The notes: generated by a model from the letters alone, not told the origin. A stretch of 64,000 nt of DNA from Gammaproteobacteria bacterium (GCA_047517145.1 JAKZTI010000009.1:818-64817), one strand, 5' to 3'; shown: positions 13,003 through 23,475, counted from the stretch's first letter. Numbers and translations: made by a program.

Positions 13003-15453
13003 ATGTTGCGATTTGCCTTCAATTTCATCCTCTTTTCTTTCGTACTTGGACTAATATTTATTGTCGGATTATCCTGGTATTTGCTGCCTCAACTGCCTGA
13101 TATAGGCAAATTACAGGATGTAAAACTACAGGTTCCATTGCGGATTTATAGCCAAAGTGACTCACTGATCGCAGAGTTTGGCGAAAAAAGACGGCGGCCA
13201 ATCTCAATCGATGAGGTGCCTATCCCAATCATACAGGCCTTTCTTGCTGCAGAAGATGATCGCTTCTATCAACACCCAGGCGTTGACTGGCAAGGCATCG
13301 TGCGCGCAGTCGTACATCTGATTAAAACCGGTGATAAGGCACAGGGTGGAAGTACCATCACCATGCAGGTTGCCAGGAATTTTTTTCTTAGTCGTGAAAA
13401 AACCTACCTTAGAAAATTAAATGAAATCTTTCTGGCGCTGAAGATCGAGCGAGAGTTATCGAAAGACAAGATACTGGAACTCTATTTGAATAAAATTTAT
13501 CTCGGACATCGTTCCTATGGTATTGCCGCTGCCTCACAAGCATATTATGGCGTCGATATAGACGAGCTTACCCTGGCGCAGGTGGCCATGCTTGCATCCC
13601 TGCCAAAAGCACCCTCATCAACAAACCCGATAAGCAACCCTGCTCGCGCAAAAATCAGACGCAATTATGTTTTGCAGCGTATGCTCGAAGAAAATTTTCT
13701 TTCAGAAGAAGATTATCAAACGGCACACACTTCACCCATCACTGCGAGCTTGCATAATCCTTTCGTAGAAGTGGAGGCACCCTATGTCGCCGAAATGGTA
13801 AGGAAACAACTGATAGAGCAATATGGAAACAGTGCTTATATAAGCGGCCTGGTGGTAACAACGACTATCAGGGATAAAAACCAGATCTCAGCTAACCATG
13901 CATTGAGAAAAGCCTTATCTGAATATGATGAGCGCCACGGTTACCGTGGCCCCGAGCATCATTATGATTTAAAGACAGAGGATGGCGAAACAGAATGGCA
14001 ACGATTGCTCGAAAGCTTTCCTTCAATCGGCAGCCTTTATCCAGCCCTGGTCGTGCAGGTCAATGAAAAATCCATCACTAGCTACTTATCAGGTATCGGT
14101 TTGATTGATGTTGAATGGTCCGGACTATCATGGGCGCGTGCTTACCGGAGTGAAAATCGAAGAGGCGCAAAACCAAAGTCTGCATCTGAATTTCTGAAAA
14201 CAGGCGATATCATCAGGCTCAGTGAAGATAGTGAAGGTAACTGGAAACTTGCCCAGATACCCGAGGTAGAAGGTGGCTTCGTCTCAATGGATCCAAATGA
14301 TGGCTCAACTTTGGCTCTGGTTGGAGGGTTTGATTACCAACGCAGTAAATTTAATCGTGTCACTCAGGCCTTCAGACAACCGGGCTCAGGATTTAAACCT
14401 TTTATATATTCTGCCGGACTGGCTGCGGGAAATACCGCCGCCACTCTTATCAATGATGCGCCGGTGGTATTTGAAGATCCCGGTGTTGAAGATATCTGGC
14501 GACCAGAAAATTACAGTCACAAAAGTTATGGCCCAACACGACTGCGCGAAGCGCTTACACATTCTCGCAATCTGGTGTCGATCAGATTACTACATGCTCT
14601 CGGCGTTCCTTTTGCCCTGGAACACATCAAAAAATTCGGTTTCAATATCGACGACTTACCCAAAAATTTATCTCTCTCACTCGGCAGCGCAACCTTATCT
14701 CCCTGGCAGATGGCAAGTGCTTATTGTGTCTTCGCCAATGGTGGTTATAAAGTTGAGCCCTACATTATAGAAACCATAGCAACTGGTGAAGGTGAAATTC
14801 TCTATCAAGCCGAGCCCGTATCTGTGTGTCGAGTATGTGTCGATCAGGAAGACGATCCTGTCGATAATTTATCAGGCAACGATTCACTAGATGAAGAACT
14901 TCAATCTGGTGAGTATCCAGTTCACCCCAGTAAAAAATCAACCTATGCAAAACGCGTAGTTGATGAGCGCAATATATGGATTATGAATTCAATCACCCGA
15001 GACGTAATCAAGCATGGTACCGGCCGTAGAGCTTTAGTACTCAACCGTAAGGATATGTCAGGTAAAACAGGCACAACCAATGATCAAAGAGATGCCTGGT
15101 TCTTTGGATATAATGCGGATATTGTTGCTGTCGCATGGACAGGCTTTGACAAATTCCAGCCACTGGGCAGCAGGGAGACTGGTGCGCGTGCAGCGTTACC
15201 TATCTGGCTTGAGTATATGAAGACCGTATTGGAAGGTATACCCGAACACATCCTGCCTGAGCCACAAGGACTCGTATATGCCCGTATCAATAAGATCACA
15301 GGAAAATTAGCACAACCAAATGACCCCGACGCCATGTTCGAAGTCTTCCGCACAGAACATGCACCAACGGCCTTGAATGATGAAACCCAGACTCCAGTAT
15401 TTGACAGCAATTCAACGAATCCGGCAGATTCGGGAATTATCGACCTGTTTTAA
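13003..15453 (+). CDS. mrcA: penicillin-binding protein 1A (bifunctional transglycosylase/transpeptidase)
   Basis: 816 aa with an N-terminal TM segment, GT51 transglycosylase motifs (EDxxFxxHxG; GGSTITMQ) and a transpeptidase domain. The divergent arrangement with pilM is typical. Confidence 0.92.
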   Translation: MLRFAFNFILFSFVLGLIFIVGLSWYLLPQLPDIGKLQDVKLQVPLRIYSQSDSLIAEFGEKRRRPISIDEVPIPIIQAFLAAEDDRFYQHPGVDWQGIVRAVVHLIKTGDKAQGGSTITMQVARNFFLSREKTYLRKLNEIFLALKIERELSKDKILELYLNKIYLGHRSYGIAAASQAYYGVDIDELTLAQVAMLASLPKAPSSTNPISNPARAKIRRNYVLQRMLEENFLSEEDYQTAHTSPITASLHNPFVEVEAPYVAEMVRKQLIEQYGNSAYISGLVVTTTIRDKNQISANHALRKALSEYDERHGYRGPEHHYDLKTEDGETEWQRLLESFPSIGSLYPALVVQVNEKSITSYLSGIGLIDVEWSGLSWARAYRSENRRGAKPKSASEFLKTGDIIRLSEDSEGNWKLAQIPEVEGGFVSMDPNDGSTLALVGGFDYQRSKFNRVTQAFRQPGSGFKPFIYSAGLAAGNTAATLINDAPVVFEDPGVEDIWRPENYSHKSYGPTRLREALTHSRNLVSIRLLHALGVPFALEHIKKFGFNIDDLPKNLSLSLGSATLSPWQMASAYCVFANGGYKVEPYIIETIATGEGEILYQAEPVSVCRVCVDQEDDPVDNLSGNDSLDEELQSGEYPVHPSKKSTYAKRVVDERNIWIMNSITRDVIKHGTGRRALVLNRKDMSGKTGTTNDQRDAWFFGYNADIVAVAWTGFDKFQPLGSRETGARAALPIWLEYMKTVLEGIPEHILPEPQGLVYARINKITGKLAQPNDPDAMFEVFRTEHAPTALNDETQTPVFDSNSTNPADSGIIDLF

Positions 15454-15487
15454 AATTGGAAGCTGCTCTCAGACTAGAAATAGCGTC

Positions 15488-16087
15488 ATGCAAAAAACTA
15501 TCCTCAGGACAAGGCAGGCCATAGCCGAGTTGGCCGCACAATATATCGCCGAAGATGGTTTGATCACCTACCATGCCGCAAAACGTAAGGCCGCTGATCA
15601 GCTCGGTTTTAAGCAGAAAGATCTGCCAACGAACATCGAAATTGAACGCGCTGTGATCTCTTATCAAAACCTGTTTCAAAATTCATTCCAGCCTGAAGAA
15701 TTATTCAAACTGAGAACAACAGCAATTGATGTTATGAACTTGTTCGAAAAATTTGACCCCCGCCTGGCAGGTCCTGTCCTCGCAGGGACAGCAGGCAAAC
15801 AATCCGAAATTATTGTTCATCTTTTCTCGGATAATCCTGAGGCCATCAGTGCCCGGTTAATGGAAAATAGCATTCCCTACAAAAATAGTGAGCGAAGAAT
15901 ACGAACGACAGACAAAAACACGATAATATTTCCTGCCTATTGTTTCCTGGCTGGACACATGTCCGTTGTCCTGATTATTTTTCCTGAAAAACAGTTTAAA
16001 CAAATGCCTGTTTGCCCCATTGATGAAAAGCCGATGAAGCGTGCTAATATCAAAAAGCTACAGTCATTGATACAGGAAAGTAGATAA
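15488..16087 (+). CDS. hypothetical protein (about 200 aa, no recognisable motif)
   Basis: Intact ORF between ponA and priA. The ORF-track start at 15377 overlaps ponA, so I chose the internal ATG at 15488. Confidence 0.45.
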   Translation: MQKTILRTRQAIAELAAQYIAEDGLITYHAAKRKAADQLGFKQKDLPTNIEIERAVISYQNLFQNSFQPEELFKLRTTAIDVMNLFEKFDPRLAGPVLAGTAGKQSEIIVHLFSDNPEAISARLMENSIPYKNSERRIRTTDKNTIIFPAYCFLAGHMSVVLIIFPEKQFKQMPVCPIDEKPMKRANIKKLQSLIQESR

Positions 16088-16132
16088 GCTATTGCTACAC
16101 TTTCCGCTGTACATGAGTGATGATCGATAACT

Positions 16133-18361
16133 ATGCTTATCCTTCGTGTTGCACTTAATTCCACCCTGCGTAGCCTGTTTGACTATCTTCCCCCTGATAA
16201 TTATGGCCTAAAGCACTTTGCCCCCGGGCAAAGACTACAAGTCCCTTTTGGCAATAGCGGTGTGCGAACCGGCATCATCATTTCCCTGGCAGACACAACC
16301 CAGGTTCCAAAACATAAACTGAAAAAACCCCTGGCACTGTTAGATGAAACACCATTATTCCCGGCAAAACATCTTAAGCTGGTTGAATGGGCCAGCCATT
16401 ATTACCACCACCCCATTGGTGATGCAGTATTTACCTCTATTCCCTCTTTACTGCGCAAAGGCAAGGCCGCAAAAATTAAACAGGAAATCATCTGGCGCCT
16501 GACTGCTCATGGAAAAACATATGAAGGAAAACAAAATCCGGATGAACTTTCACGTGCAAAAAAACAACTGGCGATCTTCCACTTCATAAAACAACATCAG
16601 GATGGCGTATCACAAACACGTATACAGAATGAATTTGAAAATGCACGAACCCCACTGAACGGACTATCAGTAAAGAACCTGATTGAAAAAACAACTGCAA
16701 CAGCAAAAAAATCTGATGAAACGGTTCCTTCCCAAAATGACAAGGCATGGACCCTGAAGCCAAATAAAGAACAACAAAGTGCAATAGACAAAATAATTAC
16801 TGCCTCGACTGCATACCATGCCTTTCTTCTTAATGGCATTACTGGTAGTGGTAAAACTGAAGTTTACCTGCAGCTTATTCGACATATATTGGAGTCAGAC
16901 AAACAGGTACTTGTTTTGATCCCTGAAATCGGACTCACCTCTCAATTCATTGAACGCATCAAAGACAGGTTTGGAGACAATATCGTTGCGCTACACTCTG
17001 GCTTATCCGAAACTGAGCGATTAATTGCCTGGCTAAAAGCACGCGATGGAACAGTGTCTGTTGTCCTCGGCACACGCTCTGCCATATGGACACCAATGCC
17101 AAAATTAGGAATGATTATTATTGATGAAGAACATGACCTTTCCTACAAACAGCAAGACGGCTTACGTTACTCGGCAAGAGATCTTGCGCTAATACGCGGA
17201 CAAAAAGAAAGAATTCCAGTAGTACTCGGCTCTGCAACACCTTCTATGGAGTCAATGAAAAACGCCAGAGATGGACGCTATTATGAACTTCTGTTAACCA
17301 AGCGGGTTAGCAACGCAATACTGCCTGATATCCAGATCCATGATCTCAAAAACGAAAAGATGCACGGGGCAATATCCCAGTATTTGCTGAAAAATATCGA
17401 ACAGCGTCTACATAACGGACAGCAAACTTTATTATTTCTTAATCGTCGTGGCTACGCCCCGGTCATCATGTGTCACGACTGCGGTTTTATCTCGCAGTGT
17501 CCCCGTTGTAATGTTTATATGACATTTCATAAACGCAAAAATCGATTGCACTGCCATCATTGTCAACACAGTGAACGCTTGCCAAGTACCTGTCCTGATT
17601 GTTCCGGACATCAACTTATCGAAGTTGGTCATGGCACAGAACGGCTGGAAGAAACACTGGCAGAACTATTGCCCGCAGCGAAAATTTTAAGAATCGACCG
17701 GGATAGCACGCGACGCAAAGACGCCATGAAAAAAATGCTGGACGATATCCATGCGGGTGATGCAGACATTCTTGTTGGTACACAAATGTTGGCCAAGGGG
17801 CATCATTTTCCTGATGTCACGCTGGTTGGGATTATTGATGCTGACAGGGGTCTTTTTAGTGTCGATTACCGGGCGAGTGAACGTATGGCACAGATATTGA
17901 TGCAGGTCAGTGGTCGTGCAGGTCGCGGAGATTCCCCGGGAACTGTAATTGTCCAGACCCATTATCCTGAACACCCTTTGCTCAATAAACTATCCATGCA
18001 TGATTATGCACAGTTCACACAATTACTGCTTGAAGAACGACAACAGACACAACTGCCGCCATTTTCCTTTCAGGCATTGATACGTGCAGAATCAAACCAG
18101 CAACAAGTCGCTATTCAATTCCTGCATATTGCCAGGACAAGATTACAAACCCTGACTCAAGGGAAACTGGAGATTTATGGTCCAGTTTCAGCCCCCATGG
18201 AAAAACGAGCAGGACGTTATCGATTTCAGCTCATTATTCAGGCAAAAAGCAGACAAACCATGAATAGATTTCTAGGCCCCTGGATAGAGGGCCTTGATAA
18301 ACTTCCCCAGGCACGTAAAGTGCGATGGTCTGTGGATGTCGATCCACAGGAGATGATTTGA
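16133..18361 (+). CDS. priA: primosomal protein N' (replication restart helicase PriA)
   Basis: 742 aa with Walker A (GITGSGKTEVY), a DEEH box (IIIDEEHD) and a Cys4 zinc-binding region (CHDCGFISQCPRCN...CHHC...CPDC). Confidence 0.93.
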   Translation: MLILRVALNSTLRSLFDYLPPDNYGLKHFAPGQRLQVPFGNSGVRTGIIISLADTTQVPKHKLKKPLALLDETPLFPAKHLKLVEWASHYYHHPIGDAVFTSIPSLLRKGKAAKIKQEIIWRLTAHGKTYEGKQNPDELSRAKKQLAIFHFIKQHQDGVSQTRIQNEFENARTPLNGLSVKNLIEKTTATAKKSDETVPSQNDKAWTLKPNKEQQSAIDKIITASTAYHAFLLNGITGSGKTEVYLQLIRHILESDKQVLVLIPEIGLTSQFIERIKDRFGDNIVALHSGLSETERLIAWLKARDGTVSVVLGTRSAIWTPMPKLGMIIIDEEHDLSYKQQDGLRYSARDLALIRGQKERIPVVLGSATPSMESMKNARDGRYYELLLTKRVSNAILPDIQIHDLKNEKMHGAISQYLLKNIEQRLHNGQQTLLFLNRRGYAPVIMCHDCGFISQCPRCNVYMTFHKRKNRLHCHHCQHSERLPSTCPDCSGHQLIEVGHGTERLEETLAELLPAAKILRIDRDSTRRKDAMKKMLDDIHAGDADILVGTQMLAKGHHFPDVTLVGIIDADRGLFSVDYRASERMAQILMQVSGRAGRGDSPGTVIVQTHYPEHPLLNKLSMHDYAQFTQLLLEERQQTQLPPFSFQALIRAESNQQQVAIQFLHIARTRLQTLTQGKLEIYGPVSAPMEKRAGRYRFQLIIQAKSRQTMNRFLGPWIEGLDKLPQARKVRWSVDVDPQEMI

Positions 18362-18512
18362 TCCCGTAATATTACCTGGGAATATTAATCCTGGAATATT
18401 GATTAAACGGACATCCAATGTAATGTAGCCACAGGTTGAACTCGTATTAGAGCATTGCATCAAAGCAGATAAGAATCAGATAAAAAAGACTCCAGACAAG
18501 GGGAACATTGAT

Positions 18513-19160
18513 ATGTACAGCAAGCTTTACTCTATATTACTTGTATTCCTAGCGGGGACTTTTCTGCCTCTGCAAAGCATCGCCCATGAGACAGCAATCA
18601 CCAGAGAGATCGAGTCCGTTGAGGTTATCCACAATGGCCAGAAAGTCACCATTATGCGCAATCAGAATACAAAGAATACCGTTGATTCGGCCTATGCCAA
18701 AACTTCACGAAAATGTCCGCCATTTTGTATTCAGCCATCTAAACTCGCAGATGGTGTAGAAACAATTGGCGAACTGGAAATGCTGGATTACCTGAAACGC
18801 TCTAGCCAGGGTGACCAAACCATCCTTGTCATCGATTCACGCACACCTGACTGGATAAAGCATGGCACCATCCCTGGCAGTATTAACATTCCCTGGACTG
18901 AACTAAAACCGGGTGCGGGTGCGGATTCTTTCACGATTGCCGATATTCTGGAAAAAAAGTTTGGTGCACAGTCATTAGAGGGTCTGTGGGATTTCTCCAA
19001 TGCAAAGACACTGGTTCTTTTTTGTAATGGCATGTGGTGTGGACAATCGCCATCCAATATAAAAACACTACTGAGATTTGGCTACCCGGCACACAAGTTA
19101 AAATGGTACCGGGGCGGCATGCAAAACTGGCACAATCTCGGCCTGACGGTTGTCAAATAG
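18513..19160 (+). CDS. periplasmic single-domain rhodanese-like sulfurtransferase
   Basis: 215 aa with a signal peptide and a rhodanese fold. The active-site Cys loop is FCNGMWCGQS. Confidence 0.75.
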   Translation: MYSKLYSILLVFLAGTFLPLQSIAHETAITREIESVEVIHNGQKVTIMRNQNTKNTVDSAYAKTSRKCPPFCIQPSKLADGVETIGELEMLDYLKRSSQGDQTILVIDSRTPDWIKHGTIPGSINIPWTELKPGAGADSFTIADILEKKFGAQSLEGLWDFSNAKTLVLFCNGMWCGQSPSNIKTLLRFGYPAHKLKWYRGGMQNWHNLGLTVVK

Positions 19161-19265
19161 ACAAATTAGAAATCCACCTGATAAACAATAAAACATCTTC
19201 TACTGTCCAGGCCCTCACGTTACAATGCGCGATTTTCCACAGGTCTAAACATCAGGAGTGAACGT

Positions 19266-21002
19266 TTGAAACAAGAATTACAGCAACTCCTCATGGAGGC
19301 TATTTCAATCGTTCAGAAGAAGATGGATGTTTCATTCACTGCCATTGATGATATTCAGATAGAACGAACCCGTGACAAGTCCCATGGTGATTTTGCCTGC
19401 AACATCGCCATGGTACTTGCCAGGCAGGCAAAGACAAATCCCAGAAAATTGGCTGCTGCACTACTTGAAAATATACCTGAATCCGAAACTATTGAACGCG
19501 TCGAAATTGCTGGGCCAGGTTTCATTAATTTTTACCTCACCAAACAATCTCGTCTGAATGTTATTACCAGGATCCTGCAAACAGCTGAAGCCTATGGTCG
19601 TTCAGAGTTTGGAACTGGAAAATCGATATTGATTGAATTCGTTTCAGCTAACCCCACAGGTCCCCTGCATGTAGGTCACGGACGTGGCGCCGTTTATGGT
19701 GCTGTGGTTTCCGATTTACTTGAGGCCATTGGTTATAAAGTAGACAGAGAATATTACGTCAATGATGCTGGACGACAGATGGATATTTTGACCGTCAGTA
19801 TCTGGCTTCGCTATCTTGAACTATGTGCAATCAAGATTGATTTCCCTGAAAATGCCTATCAGGGAGATTACATTCGAAACATCGCAGACAAACTGTTAAG
19901 AGACAAAAAACAGTCTCTCAGTTCTGACATAGATTTTCCTGAAACAAAGGACGATCCAGAAATAAATATAGATCAATTAATCGCCTTTACCAAAACGACA
20001 CTTGGTAGTGAAAATCATCAGGCCATCCTGGATTTGGGCTTGAATGAAATACTTGATGAGATACGTGCTGACCTGGCTGACCTTGGTGTGGTCTTCGACC
20101 GTTGGTTTTTTGAACATTCACTGGAAGACGACGATCAAATTCAGGAATGCATAGCCAAACTCAAGGACAGTACTTTTGTTTATGAAGAAGAGGGCGCACT
20201 CTGGTTTCGCTCAACAGCGTTTGGGGATGAAAAAGATCGAGTCATCATCCGTGATAATGGACAAGCAACTTATTTTGCATCGGACATTGCTTACCATGTG
20301 GAAAAATTCTCACGAAGCTATGACAAAGCCATTAATATCTGGGGAGCAGATCATCATGGCTATATTGCCAGGGTAAAGGCAGCGCTTTCTGCGCTTGATG
20401 AAAACCCTGATGCGCTGGAAATATTACTGGTCCAGTTTGCAACACTATACCGAGGCACTGAAAAATTACCGATGTCTACCCGCTCAGGGCAGTTCGTTAC
20501 ATTAAAAGAATTACTTAATGAAGTGGGGAAGGATGCCACGCGTTTCTTCTACATTTCACGTAAGAGCGAACAACATCTTGATTTTGATCTGGAACTGGCA
20601 AAATCAAAATCCAATGAAAATCCTGTCTACTATATCCAGTACGCACACGCCAGGATCTGTAGCGTACTGAAACAAGTAAAGGAGAAGGGATTTACCTATA
20701 ACACAGAGATCGGAAATAACAATCTACACATCCTGACCGAGCCAGCCGAAGAGAAATTAATCACAACGCTATCCCGTTATCCGGAGGTCATACATTCTGC
20801 CGCGACAGAATATGAGCCCCATCAAATCACTTATTACCTGAGAGATCTCGCAAACGAGTTTCATAGCTATTACAACTCATGTCAGTTTATCGTCGAACCT
20901 GACGATCTGAGAAATGCACGTCTTAACCTGATTAGTGCCAGCAAACAGGTTATTTGCAATGGACTTGGGATCCTAGGTGTATCGGCACCGGAACAAATGT
21001 AG
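19266..21002 (+). CDS. argS: arginine--tRNA ligase
   Basis: 578 aa with a class I HIGH motif (PTGPLHVGHGRG) and a KMSK-like motif (LPMSTRSG). Likely a TTG start at 19266, preceded by a CAGGAGTG SD. Confidence 0.93.
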   Translation: MKQELQQLLMEAISIVQKKMDVSFTAIDDIQIERTRDKSHGDFACNIAMVLARQAKTNPRKLAAALLENIPESETIERVEIAGPGFINFYLTKQSRLNVITRILQTAEAYGRSEFGTGKSILIEFVSANPTGPLHVGHGRGAVYGAVVSDLLEAIGYKVDREYYVNDAGRQMDILTVSIWLRYLELCAIKIDFPENAYQGDYIRNIADKLLRDKKQSLSSDIDFPETKDDPEINIDQLIAFTKTTLGSENHQAILDLGLNEILDEIRADLADLGVVFDRWFFEHSLEDDDQIQECIAKLKDSTFVYEEEGALWFRSTAFGDEKDRVIIRDNGQATYFASDIAYHVEKFSRSYDKAINIWGADHHGYIARVKAALSALDENPDALEILLVQFATLYRGTEKLPMSTRSGQFVTLKELLNEVGKDATRFFYISRKSEQHLDFDLELAKSKSNENPVYYIQYAHARICSVLKQVKEKGFTYNTEIGNNNLHILTEPAEEKLITTLSRYPEVIHSAATEYEPHQITYYLRDLANEFHSYYNSCQFIVEPDDLRNARLNLISASKQVICNGLGILGVSAPEQM

Positions 21003-21004
21003 AC

Positions 21005-21574
21005 ATGCCTAAAGATTATAAAAACATCACATCAAAGAAAAAAACCAGGTCTGGCAATAACAACCAGCTAAAATCTTTTTTTTCTGGCCTGGCAGTCGGT
21101 CTCTGTGTCGCGGTTGTTGTTTATTTCTATGAACATGATCTCGCACAACAAACAGGAATAATGCCACCTGAAGTTACCATAGAGAGTCCTGAACCAGAAT
21201 TAGACCTGTCAAATGACAACCCGCCACCCTCGTTTGATTTCTATGAAATTCTCCCCAATATGGAAGTCAATGTTTCCGAATGGGAAGCTGAAGAAGATGA
21301 GGATATTAATGAACAATATAAACCAAGCGATGAAAAATCCGGGATCTATATCCTGCAAATTGGGTCCTTCAAACAATATAATGCAGCTGACGAAATAAAG
21401 GCAAAACTTGCACTCATGGGCATCACGGCTGATATACAACGTGTCGTGATCAATGGCAAAGATATACGACACCGGGTAAGGGTCGGACCCTATGCTGAAT
21501 CAGATAAACTCTCAATGGTGCGCCAACAGCTGACCGAAAATAATCTTAATTATCTGTTACTAAAACTTAAATAG
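21005..21574 (+). CDS. SPOR-domain cell-division protein (FtsN/DedD-like)
   Basis: Basic N-terminus, one TM segment, an acidic/Pro-rich linker and a C-terminal SPOR domain (GIYILQIGSFKQYNAADEIKAKL...). An argS-SPOR gene pair is conserved in Pseudomonas. Start set to the ATG at 21005. Confidence 0.8.
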   Translation: MPKDYKNITSKKKTRSGNNNQLKSFFSGLAVGLCVAVVVYFYEHDLAQQTGIMPPEVTIESPEPELDLSNDNPPPSFDFYEILPNMEVNVSEWEAEEDEDINEQYKPSDEKSGIYILQIGSFKQYNAADEIKAKLALMGITADIQRVVINGKDIRHRVRVGPYAESDKLSMVRQQLTENNLNYLLLKLK

Positions 21575-21605
21575 GTAAAATAACGACAACATCACACACT
21601 GGAAT

Positions 21606-21679
21606 TGGAGCGGGTGATGGGAATCGAACCCACGTATTCAGCTTGGGAAGCTGATGTTCTACCATTGAACTACACCCGC
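21606..21679 (-). tRNA. tRNA-Gly (anticodon CCC)
   Basis: Minus-strand sequence GCGGGTGTAGTTCAATGGTAGAACATCAGCTTCCCAAGCTGAATACGTGGGTTCGATTCCCATCACCCGCTCCA folds as a cloverleaf. The anticodon loop is TTCCCAA, and the sequence is very similar to E. coli glyU. Confidence 0.93.
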
Positions 21680-21912
21680 ATTGAGAAACTAGAATCAATC
21701 TACATTCAAGGTATCAGAAAAACCCACCTTCCGCAGTGTGCTCTCTATCATATTTTCGTGTAATATTCGCCGTAGATATCAAATAAAGCCTGCATTTAAA
21801 AGTAGGAAATTCTTTGATTTTAATAATATAATCAGACGGTTGAACATTTATTATTAGCCACGGCCCAAAGTGGATTCGGAAAGTAGGCTGGCTGGGAGAT
21901 AAGGCTAGATTC

Positions 21913-22311
21913 ATGGGGAATACAAAGCCAATTGTCGTTGCTGTGGACAATAGTCCATCAATGAAAAAATTACTCGAAAGAAGCACGGAAAATCTGGATA
22001 TTGATTTAACTGTGTTTGCTTCCGCAAAGGAAGCGTGGTCGTATCTTCAATCAAACACTCCGGACCTGCTTATTCTTAATATCATAATGCCTATCAAGGA
22101 TGGCTTATCCTTGTTAAACGAAGTTCGGCAGTTGCCCAATAATCGGCAAACACAAGTAATCATTGTCAGTTCAAAGGATTATGCTCAAGATCGAATCCTC
22201 GCGAACGAGCTTGGAGTCCTGGAATTCATCGCCAAACCCATGCCGATGCAGACAATTACTGATGTTGTAGTAAAATACACCCAGGCAAGCTCGAAAAACC
22301 AGGATAAATAA
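21913..22311 (+). CDS. stand-alone receiver-domain protein with the phospho-acceptor Asp replaced by Asn (pseudo-receiver)
   Basis: 132 aa with a CheY-like fold. DD is replaced by DN (VDNS), and the acceptor position reads LILNIIMP instead of LILDIIMP. The downstream S and K (IAKP) positions are conserved. Confidence 0.75.
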   Translation: MGNTKPIVVAVDNSPSMKKLLERSTENLDIDLTVFASAKEAWSYLQSNTPDLLILNIIMPIKDGLSLLNEVRQLPNNRQTQVIIVSSKDYAQDRILANELGVLEFIAKPMPMQTITDVVVKYTQASSKNQDK

Positions 22312-22329
22312 GCAAATAATAATAATCAA

Positions 22330-23238
22330 ATGAGTAAAACACAACTCCGATTCTGGGGTGTGCGTGGGTCTTACGCAGCACCTTTTTCTACCCACCTTGG
22401 TGTCGGTGGAAATACTTCGTGTGTGGAGATCAGATCTGGCGATCACCTGCTCATCTGTGATGCTGGAACAGGCATAATCCCGCTTGGGAACGAATTAATG
22501 CAACAGGATAAAATCCGGGAAATAATGGTCATTCTGACACACTATCACTGGGACCATGTCTGTGGCCTGCCTTTCTTTGTCCCTGCCTTCGTGCCTGACT
22601 GGAAGATCAATTTTTTTGGTCCTGGTGAGGACCCTAGAGTAATGGAGCAAAATATTTCTTCACAGATGCAGGCTCCTTATTTTCCAGTTGGCACAGAAAC
22701 CTGGCTGGCTGAAATAAATTATCTCGATCTGAAAGTTGATAGCTTTGAATATGGTCCTATGAAAATTGACTTCTCCAACGTACATCATCCAGGCATTACT
22801 TATGGATACAAGATTGAAGTTAGTGGTAAAACAGTTATTTATGCATCAGATAATGAGTGTATGTTTATTGAAAAAGCTATTCAACACCGCTCTGATGAAC
22901 TCAACAAAGAAGAGCTTGAGCTCTTTAATGAAATGATTCATGAAGAACATCAATCGGAATTAAATTTTTTTAAAAACGCTGACATCCTTATCCACGATGC
23001 TCAATATACACCTGAAGATTATGATAAAAAACGCGGATGGGGCCACTCTTGCTATATCGATACCATTAAAACGGCGATAGGAGCCAATGTGAAAGAGCTT
23101 TACCTTTTTCACCATGATCCAAACTATAATGATGATGCTATGGAAGCAATACTCAAACATTCTAATGAAATTATCAAAGAAAAAGGCGCTTCACTTATCT
23201 GTCACATTGCTAAGGAAGGCATGGTCATAGATATTTGA
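22330..23238 (+). CDS. metallo-beta-lactamase-fold hydrolase (PhnP / RNase Z-like Lactamase_B_2 family)
   Basis: 302 aa with an HxHxDH motif (LTHYHWDHVCG) and later His/Asp metal ligands (HHDPNY). It begins 18 nt after the receiver gene. Confidence 0.75.
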   Translation: MSKTQLRFWGVRGSYAAPFSTHLGVGGNTSCVEIRSGDHLLICDAGTGIIPLGNELMQQDKIREIMVILTHYHWDHVCGLPFFVPAFVPDWKINFFGPGEDPRVMEQNISSQMQAPYFPVGTETWLAEINYLDLKVDSFEYGPMKIDFSNVHHPGITYGYKIEVSGKTVIYASDNECMFIEKAIQHRSDELNKEELELFNEMIHEEHQSELNFFKNADILIHDAQYTPEDYDKKRGWGHSCYIDTIKTAIGANVKELYLFHHDPNYNDDAMEAILKHSNEIIKEKGASLICHIAKEGMVIDI

Positions 23239-23277
23239 ATTTTTCAGTGTAAGCGTTTCATCAATCAACCAGTGTCC

Positions 23278-23475
23278 ATGCAAATCACCCTCAACGGCGA
23301 ATCACTTGTAGTTGATAATCAAGTGAATATTGTTCAGTTACTCTCCAGACTGGAAATTTCGGGTCGCCTTGCTGTAGAGGTCAATCAACAAATTATTCCC
23401 CGCAGTTTATTTTCCACTTATGAAATTGAGTCAGGTGACAATGTTGAAATCGTTGAAGCTATCGGTGGTGGTTAA
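23278..23475 (+). CDS. thiS: thiamine biosynthesis sulfur-carrier protein ThiS
   Basis: 66 aa beginning MQITLNGE and ending ...IVEAIGGG, the C-terminal Gly-Gly. Its stop overlaps the thiG start (TAATG). Confidence 0.88.
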   Translation: MQITLNGESLVVDNQVNIVQLLSRLEISGRLAVEVNQQIIPRSLFSTYEIESGDNVEIVEAIGGG

